Of a stretch of 64,000 bases of DNA, positions 14,101-27,632 are shown piece by piece. Under the pieces are notes generated by a model. The model did not search any database. It worked only from the letters and a program-made list of their open reading frames with translations, and was not told where the DNA came from. Location: the NCBI GenBank assembly GCA_905178155.1, contig CAJINV010000001.1:11280640-11344639 (forward strand), read 5' to 3'. The position numbers and the translations under genes are program-made. Position 1 is the first letter of the stretch. Each line of letters starts with the position of its first letter. Origin of the DNA: Amoebophrya sp. A120. Taxonomy: Eukaryota; Protista; Dinoflagellata.

Positions 14101-17100
14101 CCCGGCACGCAAAGGGACGAAGATCCCGGTCTTGTTTTCGGCACGCACGACATTCAGATTTCACAGTCAACGCTGGACGAAATAGACCAGATGTCACTGA
14201 CCCTAAGTCCGCCAAGCGGGGTCGTTCTCCCGCCACTTGTTCCGAATGCAACTACGAGCTGCGCGACCATCACCAATTCATGTTTGAGTGTCGGCAATGC
14301 TTCCAACTCCGTCCCCGAGTTCGCGCTAACGGGCTTCCCGGATTCTCCGGTCCGCAGTAGCTCTCTGGAGCAAGACTTTTCCCTTGGCTTGAACCTTCCG
14401 GCGCATCAAGAAGACCTTTTCCAACTGGACCAGGAGCAGAACCGCCTTGCGTTTGGAAGTACTATCCCGATGCTCCTGCCGCACGACAGGGACGACTGCG
14501 GCAAAAGTGTTGCAACCGGGAGAAGCACCCCCGGAGGACCGAACGAGTCGATCCTTTTTCAAGAGGCGGTTGCAGGCACTGGCACACCTGCTTCTCGACC
14601 TCCGCGCCCCATTCAGCTCCCGGAGCCTTCCTGGTCTACGTCTTCGACGGACATCAAAGATGGTGGAGCACCATCTCCTACTTCGTCCGAAAACGGCTGC
14701 GCGCCGCGCACCGCAGTTGAGGCGCCAGTTAGTCGCACGGATCCGCTTGCCCCGCTTCGCGTCATGGCGTTGCCTGCCGAGGCACCACTGGTGCTCCCGA
14801 TGTTGCCAATGATTCCGCAGCCGTTCATTCCGAAGGAGACCAGTGGGGGCCCAGACACGGACTCGACGCCAACTAGGAAACGAGCTGCTCTCCGCCAAGA
14901 ATGCAGTCCATCCTTAAACAAGTCGACGGCGCCTTCGGTAGAACGCGAGGGCGCGTCCAGCTCACTTCTAGGAGATGTCGCGCACCCGCCGCCCCGCACG
15001 TGCAGAAAGGTAGAGAACGTGGACCTTGTTCCAAGAGCAGATGCAGAGGTCGTCGCCACAACTTCGAACGAATTCAAGAACCAGTCAGCTGCTTGTGGTC
15101 AACAGCATTTCTCGACACAGTCTCAGTCTGCAATGTTACCCTCCCTGCATCTGCCGATCATAAATCGTGCGGAAATGGCAACAGCATCGTCGTTCGTGAG
15201 TTGGGAGTTTGCCGAGGACCAACACGGTGATGCTGACCATAATGTCAATGTTGATATTCTGCAGCTCAAGTCCTCAAACACAAACAACGGCACAACACAC
15301 GACCGCAGTGGCAGTGCTCCCGTCGAGTGCGAAATTTTCGGTGCAGGAGACCACCAGCTGCAGGAAGTAACCGGAAGCTGCGCGGCGGGACAGAAGTATG
15401 GACAGCTGTTTCACAAGCTTGAACACGAGGTGAAGGAGAAGACACCATCATCAAGGAGTGCCAGCGACGCAAAAAGCATCGCGATGAAGATGGCGCTCGG
15501 CACCTCTGGCACAAGCATGACGCCGAAACTGCATGAAGTAGCTGCTCCTTCTGATCCTCGTGGTGCGAAAGAGTTTCAGTTTTCATCTTCACCGACTGGA
15601 AGGGCAACAAGTCTGTCAGCATCGTTTTCGAAATCAATAAGCAGAGCGAAGAGCAGCAGCCAAAACCATGAAGACGAGCACGTCGGGCGTTGTATTGTTC
15701 AACAGACCCAGCAACAGCTCCTCGAACCTGTTGCGCACAATACACGATTCCGCCGTACGGCCGGAGGATCTCCGCGTTGCATTGGCGACGGTAAAGGAAG
15801 TAACTCCAGCTTCTCTCCGTCTGATTGCACACCCAGATCCGCGGCTGGCAGTGCTGTTTCTCCGTCGCAGCGCAGCGGTAAAGTTGCTTTTGCGCCGGTG
15901 CTCCCAAAAAATCGATGCTGGGCCGAGGACAAGGAAAATTTTTTCTACTCGTCCCACGACAACTCGCTCTCGACTTCTCCGGTGGCTGCTTCGTCTTCTG
16001 CCTGTCCTGCTTGGTCAACCGATGATGGTGGTCCAGGTCTGTCCGGAACGCCAAAGAAAAAAAAGACCAACATCATGGGGGCCATGTTGCTGCCCTCGTG
16101 CCTAGCATCTGCGCACGAGTTGTGTGCACCTTCACCTCAGGATGCGACAAGGCTGCAAGGCTGTAGTTCTACAGCAGCTGGCACAACAACTGGCGGTCCT
16201 TCTGCCAGCGATGAGCCAGCCGAGCAAGCAGAGCACGACAAGGATTCTGACGCCGGCGCTACAGATGGCAAGATTCCAGATCACGCAGTTCCTCTGGACG
16301 ATACCACGAGCGCCGATTGTACGAAAAATAGGACCGAAGCGAAGCACGAAGCAGGAGTGCTACAGGGGGAATCGACATCGATGATGAAAGATGAACTCCC
16401 GCTACTTTCTTCGCTACAGTCGTCCACGGCGCCGTTGCCGGGGTTTCGAAAGTCATTCAGCGACGACGATGATCTGATTTTGTTACCGTCCCCGACGAAG
16501 AAGTCGGTTTGGCGGCGCCGCAAACTCAGTTCAAGCGACAGTCCTTTCTGCGCAACCATCACAAAGGTCGAAGATGAAAACTCGAGCAGCTCCTCCTCTG
16601 CGCATCAAATTATCGCTTCTAAAACTACGAGTTGTAATGGCAACTCCTCTAGTGCTCCGTTTGACCTCAACATCGCTTGTGAGGTAGAGAAGCTTCCTTT
16701 GGATGATGAAGCAGTCGACCTCGACGAGGACAACGATGGTATTATACCAGCACAGCAGCAGAACTTCTACGGTGAAGAAGATGCCGGAGCTCCTTTCGAA
16801 ATGGTCATCTTCAACGAGCCGGGTCACGCACCAGACGACGCAGACCGTTCTCAGACGAACTCCAAATCGAGAATATCAGGCCGCCTGAACACGACCGCAT
16901 CTTCCCCGTTGCGCCGCTCCTCCGTCACAATGATGCCAAACCTCATGTCCTCGCGGTCTGCGCTGCCGGCCTCGTTTGTGTGCAGCCCGACAAGTGGAAG
17001 TGCTGGCTGCGCAAGTTCATCGTCGACCTCGCTGGTTGCAGCTCCTTCACCCGGTGCTTCCGTGGGAACAAGCTCCCCAGCAGCACTACAAGAGGAAAGA

Positions 17101-18741
17101 ACATCAAATACCAACGGCACGAGGAGGACTAGCACGAAAGGCACGAATGCGACTTGTGCTGGCAACAATTATTCATGTTCTTCGCACGCGCAGCTGACGA
17201 ACGGGAACGGTACAACTTCAAAAACCCACGGTGCTCCGGGCAGCTCGCATGCGATGAACCAGCACTCGTCCCTTTTTCAGTTTCCACATGTCATGAGCGA
17301 GGAGCTCTCCTGGTCCGACCCGATCATGGAGCAGACATTTCGGCACTACCTGGAGTTGAGCATTCGCACCCACATCATGATTTGTCGCAAGCGTGCTGAA
17401 AGGCAAAAACAAACCAAGGCCGATTTCTCGAAGGACTACGTCCCCTCCGCCACTGCGACCGCGAGCTCCTCTGCGGCAAAAACGAAAAAGCGGCACTCCC
17501 GCTCTGCGTCTTCGGCTTGTTCCACTTGTTTGGATGCTACTACAATTACAGCAGCCGGCGGCGGCCTTCTCCCTGTCATCAAGCCCAAGGGTGAGGGTTC
17601 GACACCGGGGTCGCCGAAGATGAACGGGGAGACTAGGACAAGCCCAAACTCAAAAGGCCTCGAAAAGAGTTCAGCTGCCCGTGGTGAAGGTCAACATCTC
17701 CACACCAGTAGTGTCGAGACCTCTACTGCTGGAGCAGGCCGGGGTGCTCGAAACAATGAACCAGAGAGGATGCCGGCATCGCAGCTGCCCAAGGAGCAGC
17801 AGGAGCGATCATTCCCAAGCGACCCGAGCCCTGTCGCAGTCGAAGCTCCCGGCGTCAGCACGGCGCAGCCACAAGGTCGAATAATTGCTGCAAATATGAT
17901 GGCGAGCGCGGAGGAGGACGAGAACCATAAACTGCAAACCAACAGCACAAAGGACGTTGTTTTTCATCTTGCCGAAGATAGTCAGCCTCATCTTCTGCAT
18001 CTGAAAAGCCTTCCCGCAACTTTCTCGGCCTCTACGACATGCACGGCTCCGAGCAATGGCGACGTGCACATGGCGCGCGCCGGTGGAGATGAAGGCAAAA
18101 ATTCTGCTGCAGCTACAACTTCTAGTGCCGGCAGCAGCCCCGTACAACTTTTGAACGTCGGGCACGGGTGTGAAGAGACTCCAGTAATGAAGACGACCTC
18201 GATTTCCTCTACAACGAACATCAATATGACTCCGGCTTTGATGGCTGATAGAAGCACTCCGATGCCGCACGCGAAAAAACTTGACCTACATCAAGGAAAT
18301 GCCAGCGATGATCTGCTGGTGTATCATTCGCCGACCGGCGATTCGCACCAGGCGGGCGTCGTCGGAGAAGTAGTAACGGGCGGGGATAAAAACCATAACC
18401 ATCTTTTTCAGGACTGCGCCCTAGTAAGGCATGACTACCACGACACTTCTTCGATCCTCAACTTTCCACCTCAGACCTCGGAGCAACGGAACGAGCATGA
18501 CGTCGAGTGTAGTTTTGTGGACCTAGAGGACGATGATGAAGACGAAGAAGAAATTGAGGATTCGGATTTTGACGCTATTGCGACTGCGTTTCTTGTGCGC
18601 TCCAATAGTGCACCGCACCCTGACGCGTACTACACACGGCTACGCGAGGACACGCACAGCCTGCTAGGCGTATTTGAGGAAGAGGTGGCGATCGTGGCAC
18701 CAACAGTAAGTAAAAAAGGAAAAGAACCTTCTGGCGCGTAA
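8172..18741 (+). CDS. Giant type II (gamma-like) phosphatidylinositol 4-kinase with N-terminal ubiquitin-like segment; 5' exon unresolved
   Basis: Motifs DGTSGTY, FKPRDEE..NPRG, REVAAYVID..VPPT, GSLQQ, IHRIGILDVRILNMDRNEGN, LVPIDHGLSLPD and WMKYPQAKLPFS. GT-AG introns 11525-11738 and 12276-12564 join the three long ORFs in frame. Ubl-like ETYVLRIGSFMTMGFIKERL..LRIIYKG. Confidence 0.88.
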
Positions 18742-21700
18742 GAAAAAGAATAAGACTAAGCCGATGAGTTCTCTACAACCTCCGCACAAGCGTAGTTAAT
18801 ATAGATGACTCTTGCTCACAACACAACTTTCGTTGGCGTTGGCAATGGCATTCACTTCACGTGATGTAGTACTACAAACTGATGACCTACAAATTTAAAT
18901 TTTGATTTTGTATCTCGTTCATTTTTTCTAGTTGGCAACGACAGCGATCGTTTATTACTATTTATTTCAACTCACAAGCCCCAGGCCCAGCCCGACAATG
19001 CGGCACATCAGTACCAGCTGATGAGTTCAGATCGAGTTGTATTCTGTAGCTGTAAAAAAGCACACATCTAACGACGAGGAGCACTGTAGCTCTGTCTTGT
19101 TTCCCTTTCAGTAAAATGAATATAGGCAAAAATATTATACCGGAATACGATATCCGTATCCTATCTCGTGGGCCGTGCTTCGCTAGTACGACCTTGCGAG
19201 TTTTGTCGTCTCGACCCGACCATGAGTTTGAAGAAGGTTTTCACCTCATCAAGAGCGCAAGTAAAAGACGGACCAACGCTAAAAACTGACGCGAACAACG
19301 AGGACTACGAAAGCCACCGGAGTTCGCCAGCACTTCTTTGAGGCACGACGTGCCATACTGTACTTTGTCTGCTAAAAAAAACGGCAAAAAATAGAAATAG
19401 TAAAAACCCGACCACGTCGTCCTCGTCGTGATGGTTTCAAGCACTGACTTACTCCCTAGCATTCGGCGCTGTTGGCATGGCCTGCGTTGTAGCATCAGCT
19501 TTACTTTCTTTTGAATCTGGAGCTGGAGAGGACGTTGGTTCGTCGCCTTTAGCAATGCCGGAACGATAATGACATGAAGACCGACGGAAAATAGGGCAGG
19601 TAAGAGCTGACTAAAGTGGAAGATTAAGATATCGTGCTCCTGCCAGTGACACAATACTTGTCGTGTTATAATGTAGTACTAAAACAGTTTCATTTTTTTC
19701 TCTACAAACTAAAGGTAGCACACCTGTGAGTCAATAAAAAGAAAAATTACAGCGAGAAGCGGCGGCTTGGGCTACGGACAAGAAGCTATAGTACGAAACT
19801 TGCCTCAGTCACTGTCTAGAGCTAGTTGTAGAGAACCTAACAAGTACTCGCGGCAAGGGCAACAGGCTACTCTGTACTTAGTTGTATTGTCAAATCGAAA
19901 ACGCCACAAAGTGCTTCAAGTTGGATCATGCTGCCGTACTTGTATAAAGATAGCGAAGCACCATCAGTCTTTTGGTCGACGATGTTGGTGCTGTGATCAT
20001 GATGTGAATCGAAGCAAGTGTCGGGAGGCAACATTCAACAATACTTATCGAGCCTTCGACTTATACGAAGCAATGATGCCCGGATTCCTTGCTACCACGT
20101 TGCAGGTTTGGAAAATGGAAAGAAAACGAAGACGACGAAAGCACAGTGCAGCGTACAAAGACTTTGACTAGGTGGAGTTCACCATGAGAGTTTCAAGAAT
20201 TTCAAACCTGACTACGAACCACTGGACCGAATGCGTGTGACGCTAGTGCCGCGCAATCTGTTTGCGTTGCAAGCGCACCTGCGTCCACGAAAAGTACGAT
20301 TTTTGTCAGAAAGTAAACTTAGAAATGAATCCAGCAAATACTTAGAACAACGAGAATATATTTTGGATTGGCGCTGCAGTTTTCTGCTTCTGTCAACAAA
20401 ATCAGAACTAAGTATCGCAAGTGGTGTGCGACTTTTAAACCTATTCTTGTTCATCTTCTTCCGAGCTGCAGTCATAGATACCCCTTTATTCGCGTCAGGT
20501 GGTCTTTCCTCTTTTGCATCTTTCACTTCCTGTCTGGTATATTTCATTCTTCGTTCTGTCCTGCAGTCGTGTTTCAATTTGCTTTCTCCTTCTGTGCTCA
20601 TGGTTTCTAAACGTAGAACTAGACTAGAGTAGAGGAAATACATCATCATCAACAATCTAGCTAGGCTGTTAGGTCGAAAAGCTCTCGGCCTCGGGTGCAG
20701 CTCCTCCTGCAAGCAAGAGATGGTGCCGTGAGTTCGAGAAAAATGCATGCGGCACCAACTTTCGGTCATTTGTCTCTTGACTCTTTGTGGTGAAACCCAG
20801 AAGAAACAGAAATTTGAAAAACTAACCGTAAGCAGTCGCAGAAACGACATAACAAGCTAACAGATCAGCTGGATCGTCACGAACACGATGTGATTTGTAA
20901 GCCGAAGAGACGGACGAAAAGAATAAAGTACAAGTAGCATAGGGTTGGGGAAAATACAATAAGGAGCCACCACCGCTGCGGCCGCCCCGGCGCACTTTTA
21001 CACAAGAAAGACGGCCCATAGCCATAGACACACCCAGACGCAAAATTTAACGTGTTACAACAGGAGCCGTGATGATATTTATTAGTATGATCAGTCAAAA
21101 ATCTACTACTACCTGTTAATGAACGCAAGCAGCGAGGAGCCACTCTTGCTGCCACGGACCATCTCGATTTGCAAATGTAAAAAAGTATTGCTTGGATGTG
21201 TCGATGTTGAAGCGGACGCCCAAAAGCGTGAGGATCAGCTGGAGTTAGAAAAACCCCTTTTTCAGCAGCACTCCCACTCCCTTCTAAAGCTGTTTTGTCA
21301 TCATCCCTACATAACTTGAATAATTACTGGAGTAGTATACTTTCTATTGTCGCCATCCAGCGCCGTGGGGAACTAGTGCGAGATGGACTGGTGGATGGAC
21401 GTGGTGCACTACCTATGTCATATGATTCGTCTACGTTAGCGTTTGATATTATTTTCATTTGTCGCGAAACAAGCGCATTCGACGAGGAAGGCGAACAGAT
21501 ATAAACACGGGCAGACCTACTTTCGCTTTCTCTCGTTGCTTGCACAGAAGGGACCAGAAGCATCTGCTAATAGCCAGGTTGAGATTGTTGAAAAAAAAGA
21601 AACTAAATCAAAAACCAGCTGCAGCCACAAAATTGCAGCCCCTATAGATTTTTGTCAAAATGTTAATGTGAGAACGTTCGAGTGGTAAGTGCTTCTGATC

Positions 21701-22238
21701 ACAAACAGTTACGGTAAAAAAATCTGAATGGTAGAAATGCCCGGCCTTTGTTACGAGAGGAAATCGTGAAGATGCTCAAAGAAGAATGTAATTGAAAGTG
21801 ATGCGATCTCGATCCTGTCGTGCTGCCAGAATTTTGCAAAAAAGTAAAAGAACGGAACATCTGCGGCGACATCAAAAAGTTCGAACGACAACGATCTAAA
21901 AGAAGTAGGTGAAAGAAAAACAAGGTCTCAGTTTGGATCAAATTCAAATTGGGCTCTTAGCTCAAACCGAAACCGCGCACTTTACTTAGTGAATGTACTT
22001 ACTATCCAGCCTACCTTTCAATTTCATACTCATACAGGTGCTTAGAGGTAGTGCCGCACATCTCGTCACGAAGCAGAGAAACTAGAAACACTCAAAGAAA
22101 CTCAATCGAAGGAGAACAATCAAAAACTTCAAGACGCGTAAGTCTAAGTGGAAACTTATTTTATTTTCGTCGACTAACCCTACCCTTTGCTCTTTGAGTT
22201 TGACATTGACTTCGTGATCATCAGAAAACATAAATATC

Positions 22239-23540
22239 ATGGGCGAGCAGTCTGAGCCAAAGTCCGCCTTGGCGGCACTGATGGCCAAAAAGAAGGCGCA
22301 GAAGAAGGGAGCCAAGGCAACACCGACTGAGGTATTTGTTCCTTTTTTGTACGTTTCAGTTGGTTCGGAAAACTAGAAAGAGCTCCCCTCAATCTCTTTC
22401 ATTTGCATCTTCTACGTAGAACAATTCCAATTCTCTTTCTTTTTCTATTTGGTCTTAGTCATTCACCTACCTCGTCCTCTAATTATTTTGATAAACCTAA
22501 CAACCCAACCGCAGGGACAGGACGCAAGCGCAAATGTTCCCACGACCCCTGCACGAAAAGCTGCCGCCGCTGAAGAACAAGAAGCATCGTCCCCCGCACA
22601 AAAAACCACGCAAAGCGCGAAAGCCTCCTCAGCCACAGCCGCCTCCTCTTCCTCGTCCACCTCCGAGTGGAAAAAGGCGTATGAAATCGAGCAAGACCGG
22701 ATGGCGAAGTTTGGGTTGCGGATCAACACCATGCAGGCGGACGGGGCGTGCCTTTTCAGGTCGTTTGCGGAACAAATGTTCGAGGATTGTGACCGGCACC
22801 AGGAGGTGCGGGACCGGTGCGTGGACTTTTTGTCCCAGAACCGACCGGAATTTGAGCCATTTCTCGCCGAAGACGAGCCCTACGAGGTGTACCTGAAGCA
22901 GATGCGGCACCCGCAAACCTGGGGCGGCGATATGGAAATTCAAGCCCTGTCGAAGCTGTACGAGGTGAATGTCGCGGTTTTCGTACCCAGCACATACACC
23001 CTCAGCGCCGCCGCCGTGGAACAGCTCGAGAACGAAAAAGTGGCACGGCAGAGGGAAACAATGAAGAAAAAGGCCCAACCCTTGTGGCTGCAAGAACAGA
23101 AAGTAAAGGACAGTACCGGAGGCGTCGCTGCGGGTGAGAACGTCGAGAAGGAGGAAATAATATTAAAAGAAGAAGACGCCGCGGCTCTTAAAACTACTCT
23201 TAGGAGCCCTAGTGAGTTGCTGCAGCGTGAGTTTGGCGGCCATGCACAAGTGGTAGAAATGTACAATTTCAGTGTGGAAGCCGCACCGGTTGTTGCGCTA
23301 TCGTACCATCCTCATTACCATCTGGGCCGACACTACAACGCAGTGCGGCGTTTGCGGCTGCCAAGCGGATCACAAGAAGTTGTACGTGACGGGGCGCAAG
23401 ACGCCGGGGCGCACCCAACCGTGCCAGGTCTCACTGAGCATATGAAAGTAGCGCACGACGAGAAAAAAAGGCAGGAAGCTGCTGTCGCAGCGGAAAAAGC
23501 AAAACCTGTCAAGAAAACAGCAAAGGACATATTCGGATAG
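22239..23540 (+). CDS. OTU-domain deubiquitinase (OTUD3/OTUD5-like); exons 22239-22331, 22515-23540
   Basis: Catalytic motifs ADGACLFRS, WGGDMEIQALS and LSYH...HYNAV. A GT-AG intron (22332-22514) keeps the frame. Confidence 0.9.
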
Positions 23541-24261
23541 TTATCTCCCCTACATACAACAAGCGACACATGGGCACCACGCAGCGACATTATTTATCGA
23601 CAAAAATCGGAAAATTTCCAACAAAAGAACAAAAGAGAACAGAAGCAGCAAGATATCCAATTGCTGATGACGGATGATCGTCCGTGGATTGTTCCCAAAT
23701 CATGTCGCTTACCTTCACAACGACATGGTGTTCATATCGTTGACTTGTTGTCGTTGCCCTTGCGCAAGTGAGGCTACTACAACTTGTTGGACATTCACCA
23801 GTGCCAGTGGTGTGTCGTTTGTGGACGTAAAGAATGTGTCTCTTCCGTGTCGTGGTGTTGAACGCAGCATCATCTTGTTGCAGTCAAATGCATCCTCGTC
23901 GTCTTGAAAGTGGTTGCCAAGATGCCTGCGTGTGATAAAAGGGAGCGAGTCGCTTCCGCTCTGTATCTCGGCTGCGACTGGCTGGATGAGATCATCCACC
24001 AGGATGATGCTTCGTGTGAGAGAGCAGTGCCAGGCACGACCAGGACGGACCCCGTGGCACGGCGCAGCTGCTAGTCATCTAGATCGTGCCAGACTCAGAC
24101 AAGACTTCTTTTCCTAGTGGTCCATCTCTATCTCTAAAAAGCATATTTCAGCAAAGGCTCCTGCAGAACCACACTGAGGCTAGTTTCATAGATGAAACAG
24201 GTAGTCGTACGCCGTAGTCGTTGAAGTAGTAGTTTTTCTTTTTCCAGCAGAGCTAGAGAAA

Positions 24262-26460
24262 ATGTCGATTGACCAGTACCTGTATGCCGACCAAAAGGCA
24301 ATGTACATTTTCGCCGCCGTGGCGGGTGGCGTGCTCATGACCGGCGGCCTATTCAGTGCCTGCTGCTCCCGCGATGCCGGATTTCTTCTGGGTGCATTTA
24401 CTGTGTCAGTGCTGGGGATCAGCCTGATCGTCGTGGCAGTGCTCGGCCAACAGAGCCACGGGTAAGCTTGCGCTTCTGGATCTCCTCGATGTGATTGTGA
24501 GTCAGGAGCTTGAGGATTCCTACACACGACGATCGTCCCATTTTTGTTGATGTGCCTAGTCCACTAAATCAAACAGAAGCCGCAAAACCAAAAGAATAAA
24601 ACCAAAACAATTTGTTCTGCAATTTTCCAGGCTTGCCCGTGCGACGTCGGTAATAGAGGCCAACACAGACGAGACCTGGAGTATCCCCGCCTTGCTGCAC
24701 GGGGTGATGGCTATCGGCGGTCTGATCGCAATTGTTGCCTGGGCCGGCATGCTGGGCGCCACACGCGGGCTGAAAAACTGCGTCGCCGCTTATTTGTTGA
24801 CAACATTACTTTCGGGTGCAGCCCTTCTCGGCACCGGCTTCGGGCTACTCGGCTTCATCGAGACCGCGACGCCACAGATCCTCCGACAAGTAGGCTCCTT
24901 CTGTCAAAAAGACACCTATCCCCAGCTGTACAGGGAGCTCCAGTGCACGGACGAACTCGACGGCAACAGCGTTGGCCTGCAACAGGGCCTCGACAAAGAT
25001 GCCGCGGAGGAAGGCTGCAACGGCACCTGCCAAAATAAGTATGTAGATAGTACCTTGACTTTTTTATTACAGTCTTTCCGTTTCACTCGCGAATTCTGAA
25101 AATGCTAGTGCGTGGAGCTGTGATGCCTTCTTTTGTCGATTCGTCTCTACTGCTCAGTGAGAATCGCCACAGCATTGACTCGCTGTCTAGCTGCATCAAG
25201 AGTAGAAGCAATCAAACTACTTTCCTCCTCAACATACGACCAGGGTTTCCGTTTTGAAGAAGATGGGTGGTTGCGACATGCTCACCTATTTGTGCACCCG
25301 TAATACGTACGGTCTCGTGGGCGAGGGCGGCGTGATATGGAAGCGAACCGCCCCCGAGGTTTTGTCCGGGGTCTGCCTGTTGCCGCGAAACACCCGACCA
25401 CCCATGGTTTGGCTCTCGTTCGGGCCCAGACCAAGCATGACGGCGGCGGAGAGTACGCTGGAGTACTGCCGTGACGCCTGCAACAAGGACTTGGACTGCA
25501 CGGGGTTTAGCTACTTGAAAGCCCGCAGGGAGTGCGCACTTCTCAGCCCAAATAACCCGGACTGGATAATAAATCTGCACCTGGCGAAGGGCGAGAAGAA
25601 AGTAGAGCACTGGAAGCAAATCAAGCACGTGGCGACAGACAGTACTCCTTCTAGTCTGCTGCTCAGTTATTTCCTGAATTCATTCAAGATAAGTTCATTT
25701 CTAGGACCACTTACTTCTGGTGTGAGTGTCTGAGCTAATTGTAGATGAGTCCGTCTGCCTGGTCTTCAAATCTGGTTTTGTTACGGTACATAGCATGAGG
25801 AAAAAAACACGCACCTTGATGAAATTGGCATTGTCTATCGCGAAGCTAACGTCGACACCCGCAAACCGTTGAATAAAACTCAAATCTGCAGCCACTGAAA
25901 AGGATCTCTCGATGTACGATCTGGATACGCCCGCAGACTTCGGCATAAGCGACAAGTACGGACCCATCGTAACCGTTCACCCCGATGAGGATGTGGAGTG
26001 CTACGTAAAAACCACCACGAGGCTCGTATCGCGCCTCCTCGGCTTCATTTCCGCGCTCGCACTGTTGCTGCTCGGGCTAGGGGTAAGTAACAAAGTGCGT
26101 AGTGCAGTTTGATGTGCGATGAAATTCATTGAACAGGAGGATTCACTTGCTTTTTCATGCTACTAGTGCTAGTGGCTTCTCGTCCTCGTCAACCTCAACA
26201 TGCACGAGCAGCCTGCTAGAAAAATAGCAGCAGTCACAACTGAAACTGTCCCGTCTGACAATCAGGTATTGCTGTGCTGCAGCACCTTGCACGGTCTTTT
26301 CCTCTTCATGAGCCGCAGAAGACGAGCCAAGACGGACCCTGCACTGAGCGGTCTGCTCTACGCAATGTTTTGCCCCTGCCTCCCAGGTGGCAATGCCGTT
26401 CTCGACATGGGTGAGCCTTTGAACGATGTGGAAGACGACACTGACGAGCCAATGGAGTAA
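24262..26460 (+). CDS. Multi-pass tetraspanin-like membrane protein with a PAN/apple domain in a Cys-rich loop
   Basis: Several TM helices and Cys-rich loops. LEYCRDACNKDLDCTGFSYLKARRECALLS fits the PAN/apple C-x3-C..C-GF-Y..C-L pattern. Exons are joined by mostly GT-AG introns. Confidence 0.65.
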
Positions 26461-27632
26461 CTTTGCCGTGTAAGACAAGGAAAAACTACTTACCTTGCTG
26501 ACGAGCGACAGCGACGCGGACGACGCCGACGCCCCCTCCGATCCGAATTATCGGCGCGCGACGCCTCCTTGCTTTGCGCCGGCGCTGCGGCTACATGGCG
26601 ACGTGTTGGATCTGCATCTATGTTGATGCATACGACGAGCGACAGCGCAAACATCCTGTAGACACGCAACAACGTAGGTGATGTCACTTGTTGTCAGCAG
26701 CTGTGAAAAATTTGTCTGCCCGCATTCTTGCCATTGGCATTGCCGCGTGCGCTAGGCCTACGAAGATTTTGATTTTCGTAGATTCTTGGCGACCATCAAA
26801 GACCTCGTTATAAATTCGGAGTTTGATGAATGGATCTTCATCTTCGGAATGCCAACAGGCAACGCACACAGCCGAGATGAAGGTACTCGTAACAAACTGA
26901 AAGCACGCCGCGGCCACGACAGCCCAGCTTGCTCTTCATCCACGCAGTTATCGCACTTCTGTATTGCGTTATGCGCAAGGGAGTAGCTCGTGCCTAGCAC
27001 TGAACTTAACAAGCGCATCTGAAAGATAAAGATCCAAGTAAAAAGACGAAAGATCGAAGCTGGTGACAAGCTACCAGCCAACCCTAGCTCCCGACGTTTT
27101 TGTTTTTCAAAATGTAAATGTAGATCATAGAGTCGTGAAGATCATGGTATGATTTGCAAAATCACGATGAAAGAGATGTATACTCTCTTGCAACAAGATG
27201 ATGATCTACTTCGACTATGAATGTGGATCATACCAACGCAGCACATCAAAGAGATCCTTGGCTTGATTTGGACGTCAAATAAATAGTTCCCATTTCGATT
27301 ATTTTCGTCCATCAAAAAATCACAAGGTGGGTCGATGCAAAAGCTTGCTTCTAGAGTCGCAATGCATCAAGAACAGCAGCGACCAGCAAAAACTATCGTG
27401 AACGTGATGTACAAGTAGAGGTCCTTCAATTACCCACGCCGATTACAGTCACGACAGGAGTAAGTTGCAGAGCCGATGGTCTTAGTAAGGCACAACGTCG
27501 CACTACACGAGAAATTTAGATTGCTCTGCGTCCTTCATCTTTCGACGCATATTCACCTTCGTCAAGAGTCAACTACGATTGTTTACGTTGTTTGAAGATT
27601 TTCCCCTATTCCTCGAGATAAAACGAAAAAAA

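Noticed and set aside
8300-18300. Many overlapping alternative-frame and antisense ORFs within the PI4K gene
   Set aside because: Shadow ORFs of a long GC-rich coding region.
18800-22200. Short ORFs in a long intergenic stretch
   Set aside because: No domain or consistent exon chain could be built.
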